Virus record (IMG/VR): IMGVR_UViG_3300021843_000436 | Length of the DNA stretch: 64,000 nucleotides | Strand: one strand, 5' to 3' | DNA from: an uncultured virus (IMG/VR IMGVR_UViG_3300021843_000436) | Taxonomy: Duplodnaviria; Heunggongvirae; Uroviricota; Caudoviricetes | Part shown: piece by piece, positions 55,369 to 63,900 of the stretch | Layout of the letters: each line of letters starts with the position of its first letter | Numbering within the stretch: the stretch's first letter is position 1 | Position numbers and translations under genes: made by a program | The notes under the pieces: generated by a model | The model's input: only the letters and a program-made list of their open reading frames with translations | What the model was told of the DNA's origin: nothing | The model's database searches: none

Positions 55369-55648
55369 AAAGATATTATTTCCTCATGGGAAGACGGTGA
55401 TCACTCCTGCAGCTCTGGAGGTCCTGCAGGAGCTGGACATCATCCAGCTCCTGGGATGGCACCTAACTGGAGACTGGAGTCAGATGTCTGAGGCTGACAG
55501 GGCTGCTAATGCCCAGGCCCTGGAGAATGGCTCCAGGATCTTCAGCTCCTATGAGGTGAAGGGCCAAAACATCTGGGTCATCACTGATGCTGTGGGTGAG
55601 GATGGACAGAGGGCTAGCACCTGCATTCTATTGCCTGGAGAATACTGA
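55355..55648 (+). CDS. Conserved mobile-element protein of unknown function
   Basis: LFPHG..VITP, H..GDW, AN..AL..GSRIFSSY, IWVIT, T.ILLP.EY; GGAGG before ATG 55355. Confidence 0.75.
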   Translation: MPIGKKILFPHGKTVITPAALEVLQELDIIQLLGWHLTGDWSQMSEADRAANAQALENGSRIFSSYEVKGQNIWVITDAVGEDGQRASTCILLPGEY

Positions 55649-55805
55649 ATTGATCTAATATACTAGAGAAAGGAAAAGGTGATTTGAGGGAATTGTTGAT
55701 GAGTTATGATGTATCTTCTGGTGTTTTTTGCACTCAATTGATTGAAGTGATACTATTTTAGGAAAAGCATGATCCCCAAGTAAAACGGAAGGATTTGAAT
55801 TAAAT

Positions 55806-56927
55806 TCATAAAATTGGAATGTCAGATTTTTTCAATCCATCTTTTGTTTTGAAATATTCTGAAAGCTCTCCGTTTCTGATGAATTCCCTCGATTTGCTGA
55901 ATTCATTAGAACTTTGATAGTATTCATGAAGCCGATTTGCTGAATTGAACACTTGATTTGGGTATTCTTCACAGCAATCGCTATAAGAAGCTATGAAATC
56001 GTCTGTATTTTTGCCCTTGCATATAGGGCAGTCACAATTTAATGAAGTTCCAAAATCTATCCAATCTTGGAATCTATGGAAAGCTAAAGGAATTGGATCA
56101 AAGCGTTTCGTAGATCCTATTGGTTTAGGACTGAGTATTTCGCTTCCTGTTCTTGGAGGAACATAACGGCCAATTCTTACGCTAAAAGAGTCTATACCCC
56201 ATTTCTGCAGTAAATGCATGGTCGATGTAGGATTTGTCCTAGCGAGTTCACGAGGAACTCCTGACATTTGGAGAAGCACATTAGTCTCTCTATTTTCCCA
56301 TAGGAGGCGATAATTTTGAACATTTTTATGGATTGGTCTGTATATTAATCCAATAGTATGTATTTGATCTGTCTCAGAATGTTCTAGTAATGCCAAGAAC
56401 CTTTCATGAAAAACATCGATATCAAGCCCCATATCCAAATAGATTAACGGTTCTCGATTCTCTGACAAGACTTCTTCAGCAAAACTTTCTGCAATTTCTT
56501 CAAAATCTGGCGCAGAAGGAGGAATATTTGGTATGCTGATAAAATCCAGATTGCTCATACGTTGAAGCTCTAATAATTGCTTGATACTGCTATCATTTAG
56601 ATTTGTGCTGGACGGCAGCTGTGGGTAATATCGTTTTATTGTATAATCCATTTTATCTGAATAGAAGTCTATAGTCCTTTTCCTGTTATAAAAAGACCCA
56701 TTTTCTTCCATGAATTTTTTCCAGTTATCACTATAAAATTGTCCGACAATTTCAGATAATTCATTATCCAAAGGCGGTTCAAAAGGTAACTTAGCTTTAT
56801 ATTGGAATTCGGATGAAGTTACCGCCCTGTTGGGTGTCTTAAAGGTGCCACGATCTGTAATTATAGATAACGCTCTCCCTCCAAAACGATCTAATTCACC
56901 CTCAATAGATATACGTGTGATTCTCAT
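55806..56927 (-). CDS. Divergent TGT (tRNA-guanine transglycosylase)-fold protein
   Basis: RGTFKTP start, GIDSFS, CDCPIC...H zinc site; TAATG-coupled to the upstream gene; AT-rich with normal CG. Confidence 0.6.
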   Translation of the reverse strand: MRITRISIEGELDRFGGRALSIITDRGTFKTPNRAVTSSEFQYKAKLPFEPPLDNELSEIVGQFYSDNWKKFMEENGSFYNRKRTIDFYSDKMDYTIKRYYPQLPSSTNLNDSSIKQLLELQRMSNLDFISIPNIPPSAPDFEEIAESFAEEVLSENREPLIYLDMGLDIDVFHERFLALLEHSETDQIHTIGLIYRPIHKNVQNYRLLWENRETNVLLQMSGVPRELARTNPTSTMHLLQKWGIDSFSVRIGRYVPPRTGSEILSPKPIGSTKRFDPIPLAFHRFQDWIDFGTSLNCDCPICKGKNTDDFIASYSDCCEEYPNQVFNSANRLHEYYQSSNEFSKSREFIRNGELSEYFKTKDGLKKSDIPIL

Positions 56928-57889
56928 TATGCCCTCTTCCGTGCCCAATTAGGAAGCACCTTTTCTTTTATTCTAGATTCTATAGTATAGCCTTGATATT
57001 TCTTATAGACATCTTTTAGAATACCATCATTTCCAAGCTCATCCACACCTCTTCTCCATGAACGTAGGTCTTCTTTCAAAGCATCTGGCAATGAATTATA
57101 AATTCTTCCAGCCTCCATTTTTCCCTTCTCTGTAAGGATGAAGCTTTCTTTATCAGATGAACGCTTCCCCTTTATAATGATTAAACCTTGCCGCTCTAAG
57201 GAATATAATGATTGATCTATATCAAAACTATAAGGGCCATAATAGTAGGGAATAAAATTTGGGGATATTGCAGGGACATTAAATTCCCTGAGTTTTTCTT
57301 TAAATAATAAGAATGATGCTTTCATAAGGCTGATAGCCCCTTTGACCGGTCTTTTTGATGAACATAGCAGCACTAGAATAAGCTCTGTCGGATCAAGCGG
57401 GCGAATGCTAAATCCTTTTAAAATTTCTCTAATTTTTGGGAGCGATTTCTCACTAAAATAAACCATTCCACAATTAGGGCATCCAAATCCGTCGAACTCT
57501 CCAAATACCTCTCCTGATATCTCTAAAGGGTATATGCCAGGCTGCAAGTTTGCTTTTTCGCATCGAGAGCACAAGTCTTTTCGTCTATTTCGTCGCATGT
57601 ACCGGTTTTGGCGATAAATTTTATCTTTTACTGAATGGTTGTTGTTACCTTCTTTCCATGTTGTTATAACATTGAAATGACATGGCTTATTGTCCGCTAT
57701 TACAACGACACATCCTTGCTGATACTTATCACCATCGCCATTATCATTATTTGATTTCGTTCCACTAACTATGGCATCCCTTATATCCCCCTCGCTTAAG
57801 CTATCATTAATCATTTCAATTATAGCATGGAAAGATAAACTGAGTTGGCATCTGATTTTCTCTACAGCAATCTGGCTTTCGAGATGCAT
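56927..57889 (-). CDS. DUF4258-like + YgiT-type Zn finger + Panacea/SocA-like wHTH fusion
   Basis: LSFHAIIEM..SLSEGDIRDAI..G...VITTW; CSRC...CPNCGMVYF; LMKASFL...FIPYYYGPYS..I...VYKKY. Confidence 0.6.
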   Translation of the reverse strand: MHLESQIAVEKIRCQLSLSFHAIIEMINDSLSEGDIRDAIVSGTKSNNDNGDGDKYQQGCVVVIADNKPCHFNVITTWKEGNNNHSVKDKIYRQNRYMRRNRRKDLCSRCEKANLQPGIYPLEISGEVFGEFDGFGCPNCGMVYFSEKSLPKIREILKGFSIRPLDPTELILVLLCSSKRPVKGAISLMKASFLLFKEKLREFNVPAISPNFIPYYYGPYSFDIDQSLYSLERQGLIIIKGKRSSDKESFILTEKGKMEAGRIYNSLPDALKEDLRSWRRGVDELGNDGILKDVYKKYQGYTIESRIKEKVLPNWARKRA

Positions 57890-58194
57890 CGGAACTCGTG
57901 AATACTCTCCTACTATTTATCCTCATTCAATGATTTCATTGCGACACCTTTTTCATTCTCATTTCATATAACAACCCCTTCCACTCAATTTGCGTTTTAG
58001 TATTCTATGGAAAGAGAGGAAGGCTACGGGTTTAAAAGCGTAAGTCTCATGCGCGAAAGTCCTTACCTATCCGATTTTTAAAAACCCTATGGCACCAGCA
58101 CAGGATAACTGCTACCACGCTTGATTTCTCTCATAAGAATGTAAAGCACATAATGGCTAGGTTTTGTATGGAGCATAAGTTCTTTAATGCAAAC

Positions 58195-58228
58195 CTATAA
58201 ATACCATAGTTTCTATGGAATAAGTGGA
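58195..58228 (+). promoter_or_regulatory. TATA promoter with operator copy 7
   Basis: CTATAAATACCATAGTTTCTATGGAATAAGTGGA. Confidence 0.8.
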
Positions 58229-58237
58229 GGCCATAGC

Positions 58238-58603
58238 ATGGACATTAAGGCATTCACTACCTATCTAAAAGCCAGTCAGCTTGGAAGCCTGCTGGATGAA
58301 GCCTATGGAGCTGGGAAAACTGAGTCTGAGGCACCCAGGCTCTTTGCCGTTTATGAAAGCTACCAGAAGGGAGACCTGAATCTCCAGGAGATGGCAAAGG
58401 AGATGAATCTCACCACTCTGGGTCTGGATTCTGAGAAGATTAAAAGATGGCTCCCTAAGCTGGTGCCCAGACATGCCCTTGGCTGCAAGGTCCAGGTAGT
58501 GGAGATCACTCCCAGGACTAAAGGCTTTGAAGATGAGGCAAAGGACTGGGCAGCCAGAGGTGGCCAAATCAAGGACATTAAGGGAGGAGAGCTAACAATA
58601 TGA
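58238..58603 (+). CDS. HTH-domain protein
   Basis: YQKGDLNLQEMAKEMNLT; GGAGG before ATG 58238 (ORF track start 58187). Confidence 0.55.
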   Translation: MDIKAFTTYLKASQLGSLLDEAYGAGKTESEAPRLFAVYESYQKGDLNLQEMAKEMNLTTLGLDSEKIKRWLPKLVPRHALGCKVQVVEITPRTKGFEDEAKDWAARGGQIKDIKGGELTI

Positions 58604-59133
58604 AACAACTCACTGAGACTGATGCAAAGGTTTTGGCTGGCATAAGTGGAGCAAAGGTCATTGTGGAGGTCATTGCTGCCTCTGAGCAGCCAACTGAACC
58701 TCTTTTTATGAGGCTTCACTATGTCAATAACAGAGAGGGCCAGGAGTTTTATCAGAAGGAGCCCATGATCCTGGTGCCTCTGGACTATCTGGTGGAGAAA
58801 ATTAACTATGCCTGCTTTATGTCTGCAGCCCTGGGAGCTGACATCCTTCTCCAGGTCTCTGGACCAAAGGGATTCACAGATGAGCTGGAGGCTGCTTTTA
58901 AGTCTCTGGTGCCTCTCATGAGCCAGCAGTATGGTCTGACTGTAATGGACACTTTCACTGAAGAAGTCCAGGAAGAGGACCCCTCTGCTGAAGCTCAGAG
59001 GCTGGGCAGGGAGATAGTGGAGAAGGCTCTGGGAAGGAGACTCCCTCCAGGAGCTGAGGTCCAGATCCTTAAGCTCACAGGAAGCCAGCAGGGAGGCCAC
59101 TGTGACTGTCCAGATTGTGCTGGCCACAGATAA
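58600..59133 (+). CDS. Hypothetical protein with C-terminal HCDCPDC
   Basis: ATGA-coupled operon member. Confidence 0.65.
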   Translation: MKQLTETDAKVLAGISGAKVIVEVIAASEQPTEPLFMRLHYVNNREGQEFYQKEPMILVPLDYLVEKINYACFMSAALGADILLQVSGPKGFTDELEAAFKSLVPLMSQQYGLTVMDTFTEEVQEEDPSAEAQRLGREIVEKALGRRLPPGAEVQILKLTGSQQGGHCDCPDCAGHR

Positions 59134-60778
59134 GCTGGTCAGGAATTATCTGATCGTAAGAGGTCAGGAAGATGAGATCTGGAAAGCCAAATCTCATCTT
59201 TCCAGGCTGGGCTTTGTTTGGCAGCCTGATAAGAAATACTGGTTTAGGCTCTTTGATTTAGAGATCGTCAGAAAGCTGATGGACTGGAAACAGGCTGATC
59301 TGACTCCTAAACTGCTGAAGTTCTATCAGACAGAGACTATGAAGAATACTCCCACCAGGGAGTTTGTTAGCACTTTCAGGCCAGACATGCTGATGACATA
59401 TCAAATCCAGGGAGTGGAGACAGCACAGAAGGCAGGAAATTTCCTCTTTGCTGATGACATGGGCCTGGGAAAGACAGCTCAGACTTTGAAAATAGCAGAG
59501 GAGCTGGGCTGCAGAACCCTGGTCATCTGCCCCAGCACTTTGGTGGATGAATGGGGCTCCCAGATAAAGAAGTTTACTGAGTCCGAGACCGTCCTCATTA
59601 AGGGCTCCTGGCCCGTCAGAGCAAAGCTTTGGGAGGTCTGGAAGTCCTGTCATCCAGTTCATTATGTGGTCATGTCCTGGGACAGCCTGAGGAATAAGAA
59701 GGATCTGGCTTCTGCTCAGGATTACTGCAGGGATGGCCTCATCATCTTTGATGAGATTACAAAGGGAAAGAATGCCCAGGCTCAGAGGTCAAAGGCTGCA
59801 GCTTCTCTGAAGGCCAGGAGGGTCCTGGGGATCACTGGCTCTCCAATTGAGAATAATTTAAAAGAGCTGTGGCACATTTTGAGACTGGTCAGGCCAGAGC
59901 TTTTCCCTAACTATGAGAGGTTTGCTAACACCTTCATGATTCTGGAAGAGAAAAACTTTGGTGGCTATAACTTCAAGGACATTGTAGGCTATAAAAATCT
60001 GGATGTACTGAAGCAGATCATAGCTCCCTATTATATCAGGAGACTCAGGACAGAGGTCCTGCAGCTGCCACCCAGCAGCACTGTGGTTAGAAGAGTGGAT
60101 CTATCAGATCAGCAGCAGGAGATAGAGCAGCTCCTTTTGAAAGCTTCTCAGGAGGCTTTTAATATGGATAGGATGGAGCTGGTGCTGAAATACTTCACCT
60201 ATGGGATGGAGAATTTCATCAGCCCCTGCCTGCTCCCACAGGGATGGACTCCAGATGAGAACCTTCTGCAGGAGGAGCAGCTCTTAAAACTCATTCAGGA
60301 GGCTTCAAAGGACCCCACTCCCAGGGAGTCTGAGGTCCTGGAAATCCTGAAGGAATCCAGCCCTAACAAAATCATAGTCTTCTCAGGCTTCAAAAAGGCT
60401 CTGGAGAGACTGGCTGGTTTTGTCCAAGAGCCTATCTCCTGGCTGACCTCTGGGGTGGATGTCCAGGCTGAGCTGGCCACCTGGAAGGGAGAGGGCTCCA
60501 GGCTGCTTTTCATGACATCTGCAGGAGCTATGGGTCATAATCTTCAGGAGCAGTGCTCCATGATGGTGGTCCTCAGCTCCCTGCATAACCCCAGGATGAT
60601 GGACCAGCTCCTAGCCAGGATCTCCAGAATGGGCCAGAAGAAGCCTGTCACCTACTATGTTCTGGATTCTGACAGCCAAATAGAGCAGAAGCTCCATGTA
60701 AACACTGCAGAGAAGAATGAGCTATCTGAGAATGTTTTCAGGAATACTGATCTGGCAAAGATGGTGATGTGCCAATGA
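59102..60778 (+). CDS. SNF2-family ATPase/helicase (SMARCAL1/HARP-like)
   Basis: LFADDMGLGKT, LVICP, IIFDEIT, TGSPIEN, YIRR, GHNLQ, QLLARISRMGQ. Confidence 0.88.
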   Translation: MTVQIVLATDKLVRNYLIVRGQEDEIWKAKSHLSRLGFVWQPDKKYWFRLFDLEIVRKLMDWKQADLTPKLLKFYQTETMKNTPTREFVSTFRPDMLMTYQIQGVETAQKAGNFLFADDMGLGKTAQTLKIAEELGCRTLVICPSTLVDEWGSQIKKFTESETVLIKGSWPVRAKLWEVWKSCHPVHYVVMSWDSLRNKKDLASAQDYCRDGLIIFDEITKGKNAQAQRSKAAASLKARRVLGITGSPIENNLKELWHILRLVRPELFPNYERFANTFMILEEKNFGGYNFKDIVGYKNLDVLKQIIAPYYIRRLRTEVLQLPPSSTVVRRVDLSDQQQEIEQLLLKASQEAFNMDRMELVLKYFTYGMENFISPCLLPQGWTPDENLLQEEQLLKLIQEASKDPTPRESEVLEILKESSPNKIIVFSGFKKALERLAGFVQEPISWLTSGVDVQAELATWKGEGSRLLFMTSAGAMGHNLQEQCSMMVVLSSLHNPRMMDQLLARISRMGQKKPVTYYVLDSDSQIEQKLHVNTAEKNELSENVFRNTDLAKMVMCQ

Positions 60779-61563
60779 AAGGCAGCTATGTGATGCTGTT
60801 GCCTCAGAGGAAAGGGAATATCCTCCTCCCTCTGGAGGTGGCCCAGAAGCTCCAGGATCTGCCAGTCCATGACGAACATGGACAGAAGGTGGGCTTCATT
60901 CAGGAGGTCAGGAAGGGCCAGAATGAGGGATACTGGGAAGCAGTGGTCAAAGTCACCAGCCCTGCATTCATGGATAGGGTGGGCTTTTCTGTGGCTGACC
61001 TTTCTCCTATTTTCGATATGCAGAGCACCAAATATGATCTAATGATCGAAGAGGTGGCCCTGGTCTCAAAATATGACCAGCTGGATGAGGCCACAAAGGA
61101 AGGAGACCAGAACTCTATCAAAGTCCTTGAAAATGAGATCAAATCTCATGAGAGAAAGCAAAAACGACTGCAGCAGAAGCAGCAGCAGATAAAATCAAGT
61201 CCAATGTTTAAGGGAGGAATTATTAAAATGGCGGAAGGAAAATCAGTCATGTATCTATCACAGAAGACTTTGAGAAGTGTCACAGAAAGACCAACAAACC
61301 CACTGGCAGCCAGCCTGTTTTCAGAGTGTTGCGCTGAAGTGGTGAAGCTTCTGGGCACTGCTGCTGTGGTGGCCTCCAATGAGGATGACCTCACCATCTT
61401 AAAACCCTCCCATGTGGCCAGGGGCCTGCAGATGGTCCTGCCAAAGAATGTGGCCAATGAGATCATCAGGGATGTTTTCAAGGGCAAAGTACCTGACGCC
61501 CTTATTGAAACCCTAACAAGGGAGCAGCCTTTGACAGTTAAGCCAGCTCAGAGGAGTGAGTGA
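60769..61563 (+). CDS. Prohead-protease-like domain + coiled coil + C-terminal histone-fold domain
   Basis: N-term PVHDEH..VG, VGFSV, IEEVALV; C-term helix/loop spacing matches the histone fold (..TILKPSHVARGLQMVLP..); internal GGAGG at 61213-61217 before in-frame ATG 61228. Confidence 0.5.
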   Translation: MPMKGSYVMLLPQRKGNILLPLEVAQKLQDLPVHDEHGQKVGFIQEVRKGQNEGYWEAVVKVTSPAFMDRVGFSVADLSPIFDMQSTKYDLMIEEVALVSKYDQLDEATKEGDQNSIKVLENEIKSHERKQKRLQQKQQQIKSSPMFKGGIIKMAEGKSVMYLSQKTLRSVTERPTNPLAASLFSECCAEVVKLLGTAAVVASNEDDLTILKPSHVARGLQMVLPKNVANEIIRDVFKGKVPDALIETLTREQPLTVKPAQRSE

Positions 61564-61861
61564 AATGGAGCACTTTCTTTCTGTCCTGGTAGCCTATCTC
61601 ACTGGAGCCACCCTGGTGGAAATGTATGGCCCCTGGGCTTTTTATCACCTCCTGGTCTGGATCTGGGATAAGTTCTATGGTCTGAGCTGGTGGGTTTTGA
61701 GTGGAGCCTGGTGGATTCTTATTAACATCCTCCTGCCCCTGGTCTGGATCTCTGCAGGTATTTCTCTCATCTATCTCACCCATAGGGGCTGGCAGGGAAA
61801 GATGAGGGCCTGGGCCTGGGAGAAGGATCACACCTCAAAGCTCAGGAGAGTAGGTGAGTGA
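61556..61861 (+). CDS. Membrane protein
   Basis: Trp-rich hydrophobic segments. Confidence 0.65.
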   Translation: MSEMEHFLSVLVAYLTGATLVEMYGPWAFYHLLVWIWDKFYGLSWWVLSGAWWILINILLPLVWISAGISLIYLTHRGWQGKMRAWAWEKDHTSKLRRVGE

Positions 61862-62214
61862 GCATGGAGAGAAAAAGCTTCAGGGATATGCCTCAGGTGG
61901 AACTGGTGCTGATCCCAGAGCTGGGACAGCCCAGGGCTCTCCCTTATCCCTCTGTGGAGGAGGCAAAATTCTCAGCCAGAGGAATCTCCAGGAAAGGACC
62001 TCAGAAGTATGTGGCCTGGTATGTCCTGGATGATGACGGCCTGATCCTGGCCTCTCATGGCTATTCTTTGCCCAGTCTGAAGTGTCTCAGACCAGATGCC
62101 CACACTGAGAGGGACCTGCAGAGAGTCCAGGAGAGGGGCCTTAACAGAGATGAAAAGGCCCAGCTCCTGGTGGATCAATTGGCAAATGAAAGGAGAGCAG
62201 CTGCATGGAATTGA
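61858..62214 (+). CDS. Hypothetical protein
   Basis: Overlapping operon member. Confidence 0.6.
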   Translation: MSMERKSFRDMPQVELVLIPELGQPRALPYPSVEEAKFSARGISRKGPQKYVAWYVLDDDGLILASHGYSLPSLKCLRPDAHTERDLQRVQERGLNRDEKAQLLVDQLANERRAAAWN

Positions 62215-62990
62215 TAGCCAGTATAGGGCAGGCTGTGGATGCCTTAGAAGGCATGAAGAAAAAAGTGGTCACCTTCCAGGTCCTCTCAGGGATAGATGGT
62301 GCTCTGTCCAATATGTGGACCATCACTCACAATTTTATAGTAGCTCAGAACGGGCTGGGATATGATCCCAGCCAGCTCCCTGCTTATCAGGAGGCTAAAT
62401 TCCTCTGGCTGAAGATGCTACTGCTAGGGATGCCAGTTAAGCCTGCTCAGTCTCCTTTCTGTAGCTATTTCAGTGAGAGATGTGATCAGTGTGGCTTTGT
62501 TAAAAATCATGGCTCCTGCTATGACTTTGGATCTGACTATTATAAATTGATCACCTCTCTGGCTAAAATGATTAAGCTCTCTAATTATGAGCCAGAGCCC
62601 TGGACAGAGTATGTCAAACTGAGCCCAGTCACAGCACAGGCTTATGATATTTACACTTTCAATATGATGGAGGCAGCTCAGACCATTGAATCTCACATAA
62701 CCTCATGGAGGAAGATCTTCAAGGCTACCAAGTCTTTTGAGGAAATAATGCAGGATAGAGTCATGTTCATGAATCTGATCCTTAATGATCTTCCTCTGGA
62801 GATTTGGGACACTTATGCTGGCACTTGGAGGATCGCAGCTTTTCAGGAGATGCCTATTTCCTACCAATTCCCATTAGAGGGAGTTAAATTCACTGATCAC
62901 GAAATAAACACCACATTAGGTCTGAGGAAGTTCAGGGATGAGACTTTGACTGCCCTAAAGAATTACTGGAAGCCAGGAGAGACATTTTAA
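62205..62990 (+). CDS. Hypothetical protein with Cys cluster
   Basis: SPFC...CDQC...C. Confidence 0.65.
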   Translation: MELIASIGQAVDALEGMKKKVVTFQVLSGIDGALSNMWTITHNFIVAQNGLGYDPSQLPAYQEAKFLWLKMLLLGMPVKPAQSPFCSYFSERCDQCGFVKNHGSCYDFGSDYYKLITSLAKMIKLSNYEPEPWTEYVKLSPVTAQAYDIYTFNMMEAAQTIESHITSWRKIFKATKSFEEIMQDRVMFMNLILNDLPLEIWDTYAGTWRIAAFQEMPISYQFPLEGVKFTDHEINTTLGLRKFRDETLTALKNYWKPGETF

Positions 62991-63235
62991 TGGTTGATCA
63001 TTTAGAGGAGTTTAAAAAGGGTCTGCAGGCCATTAGGAATTATCTGGATGAGAAGGCTCCAGACTGGGTGACTGTCACTTTGAAGGTGGAGATAGAGCCC
63101 TGCCACTCCAGGGTGGAGATGCTGGAATTAGTAGAGCAGACGGGTCCAGCCTCCTTTAATGTCACCCAGTTTCCTCCACTCAGCATAAAGACCTGTGACG
63201 TAACCATGAGAGTGGGCATTCTGGAGGCACTTTAA
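62990..63235 (+). CDS. Hypothetical protein
   Basis: TAATG coupling on both sides. Confidence 0.65.
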   Translation: MVDHLEEFKKGLQAIRNYLDEKAPDWVTVTLKVEIEPCHSRVEMLELVEQTGPASFNVTQFPPLSIKTCDVTMRVGILEAL

Positions 63236-63900
63236 TGAGTGGCCTGGAAAACTTTTCCATTTTTGATATCCTGGGAATGCCTGAGCAGAACCTGAAGGCC
63301 CAGGTGAAGAGATCGCTGGACTTCTGGCTGAAGGAGGTCAGAATGGTCAAAGATCCTGGAGAGGCCCTGGCCCTGTTGAATCAGGCTGAGGAATGGACTG
63401 CAGAGCAGAAGATCACTGTGATAAAGGGAATGCTTACCCTGAATCTGGTCTCCTTTCTGACCTCCAATAAGGTGGACTTCCTGGACTATGATGGCTGGAA
63501 GAAGTACATGCAGGAGAATCCCTTTGTCCCAGCTCAGACTCTGGAGATCCCTAATGATAAGGTAGTGGATCTCTCTGTCCAGGCCATGAAGGTCCTGAGG
63601 CCAAAGGTCACCAGGGACATGATGAGAAGTGGCAGGGCTCCAAAGCCACAGAAGCTCCTGGGCCAGCTGGTGGAGATCTGGATCAAAGAGGATGGAGAAA
63701 AGAAGCTCTTCTTCATCGGCTGGGCTATTTATGCCACAGTAATGAGGACCCAGGCTCAGGCAGGGATGTCTATTCCCATTGAGACAAAAGCAGTGGCAGA
63801 AGCCATCAGACCTGAGAAGCCACTTAAACCCTTGGATGAATCTGGACAGTTATGTGATGTAAATGACATAATGGCCAGATTAAAGAAGATTAGAGCTTAA
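63235..63900 (+). CDS. Hypothetical protein
   Basis: TAATG coupling; core-like codon usage. Confidence 0.7.
   Translation: MSGLENFSIFDILGMPEQNLKAQVKRSLDFWLKEVRMVKDPGEALALLNQAEEWTAEQKITVIKGMLTLNLVSFLTSNKVDFLDYDGWKKYMQENPFVPAQTLEIPNDKVVDLSVQAMKVLRPKVTRDMMRSGRAPKPQKLLGQLVEIWIKEDGEKKLFFIGWAIYATVMRTQAQAGMSIPIETKAVAEAIRPEKPLKPLDESGQLCDVNDIMARLKKIRA

Noticed and set aside
55806..56927. DpdA-type 7-deazaguanine DNA modification pathway
   Set aside because: No folE/queD/queE/queC genes are in the window, the TGT catalytic motifs are not conserved, and the gene sits in a foreign island.
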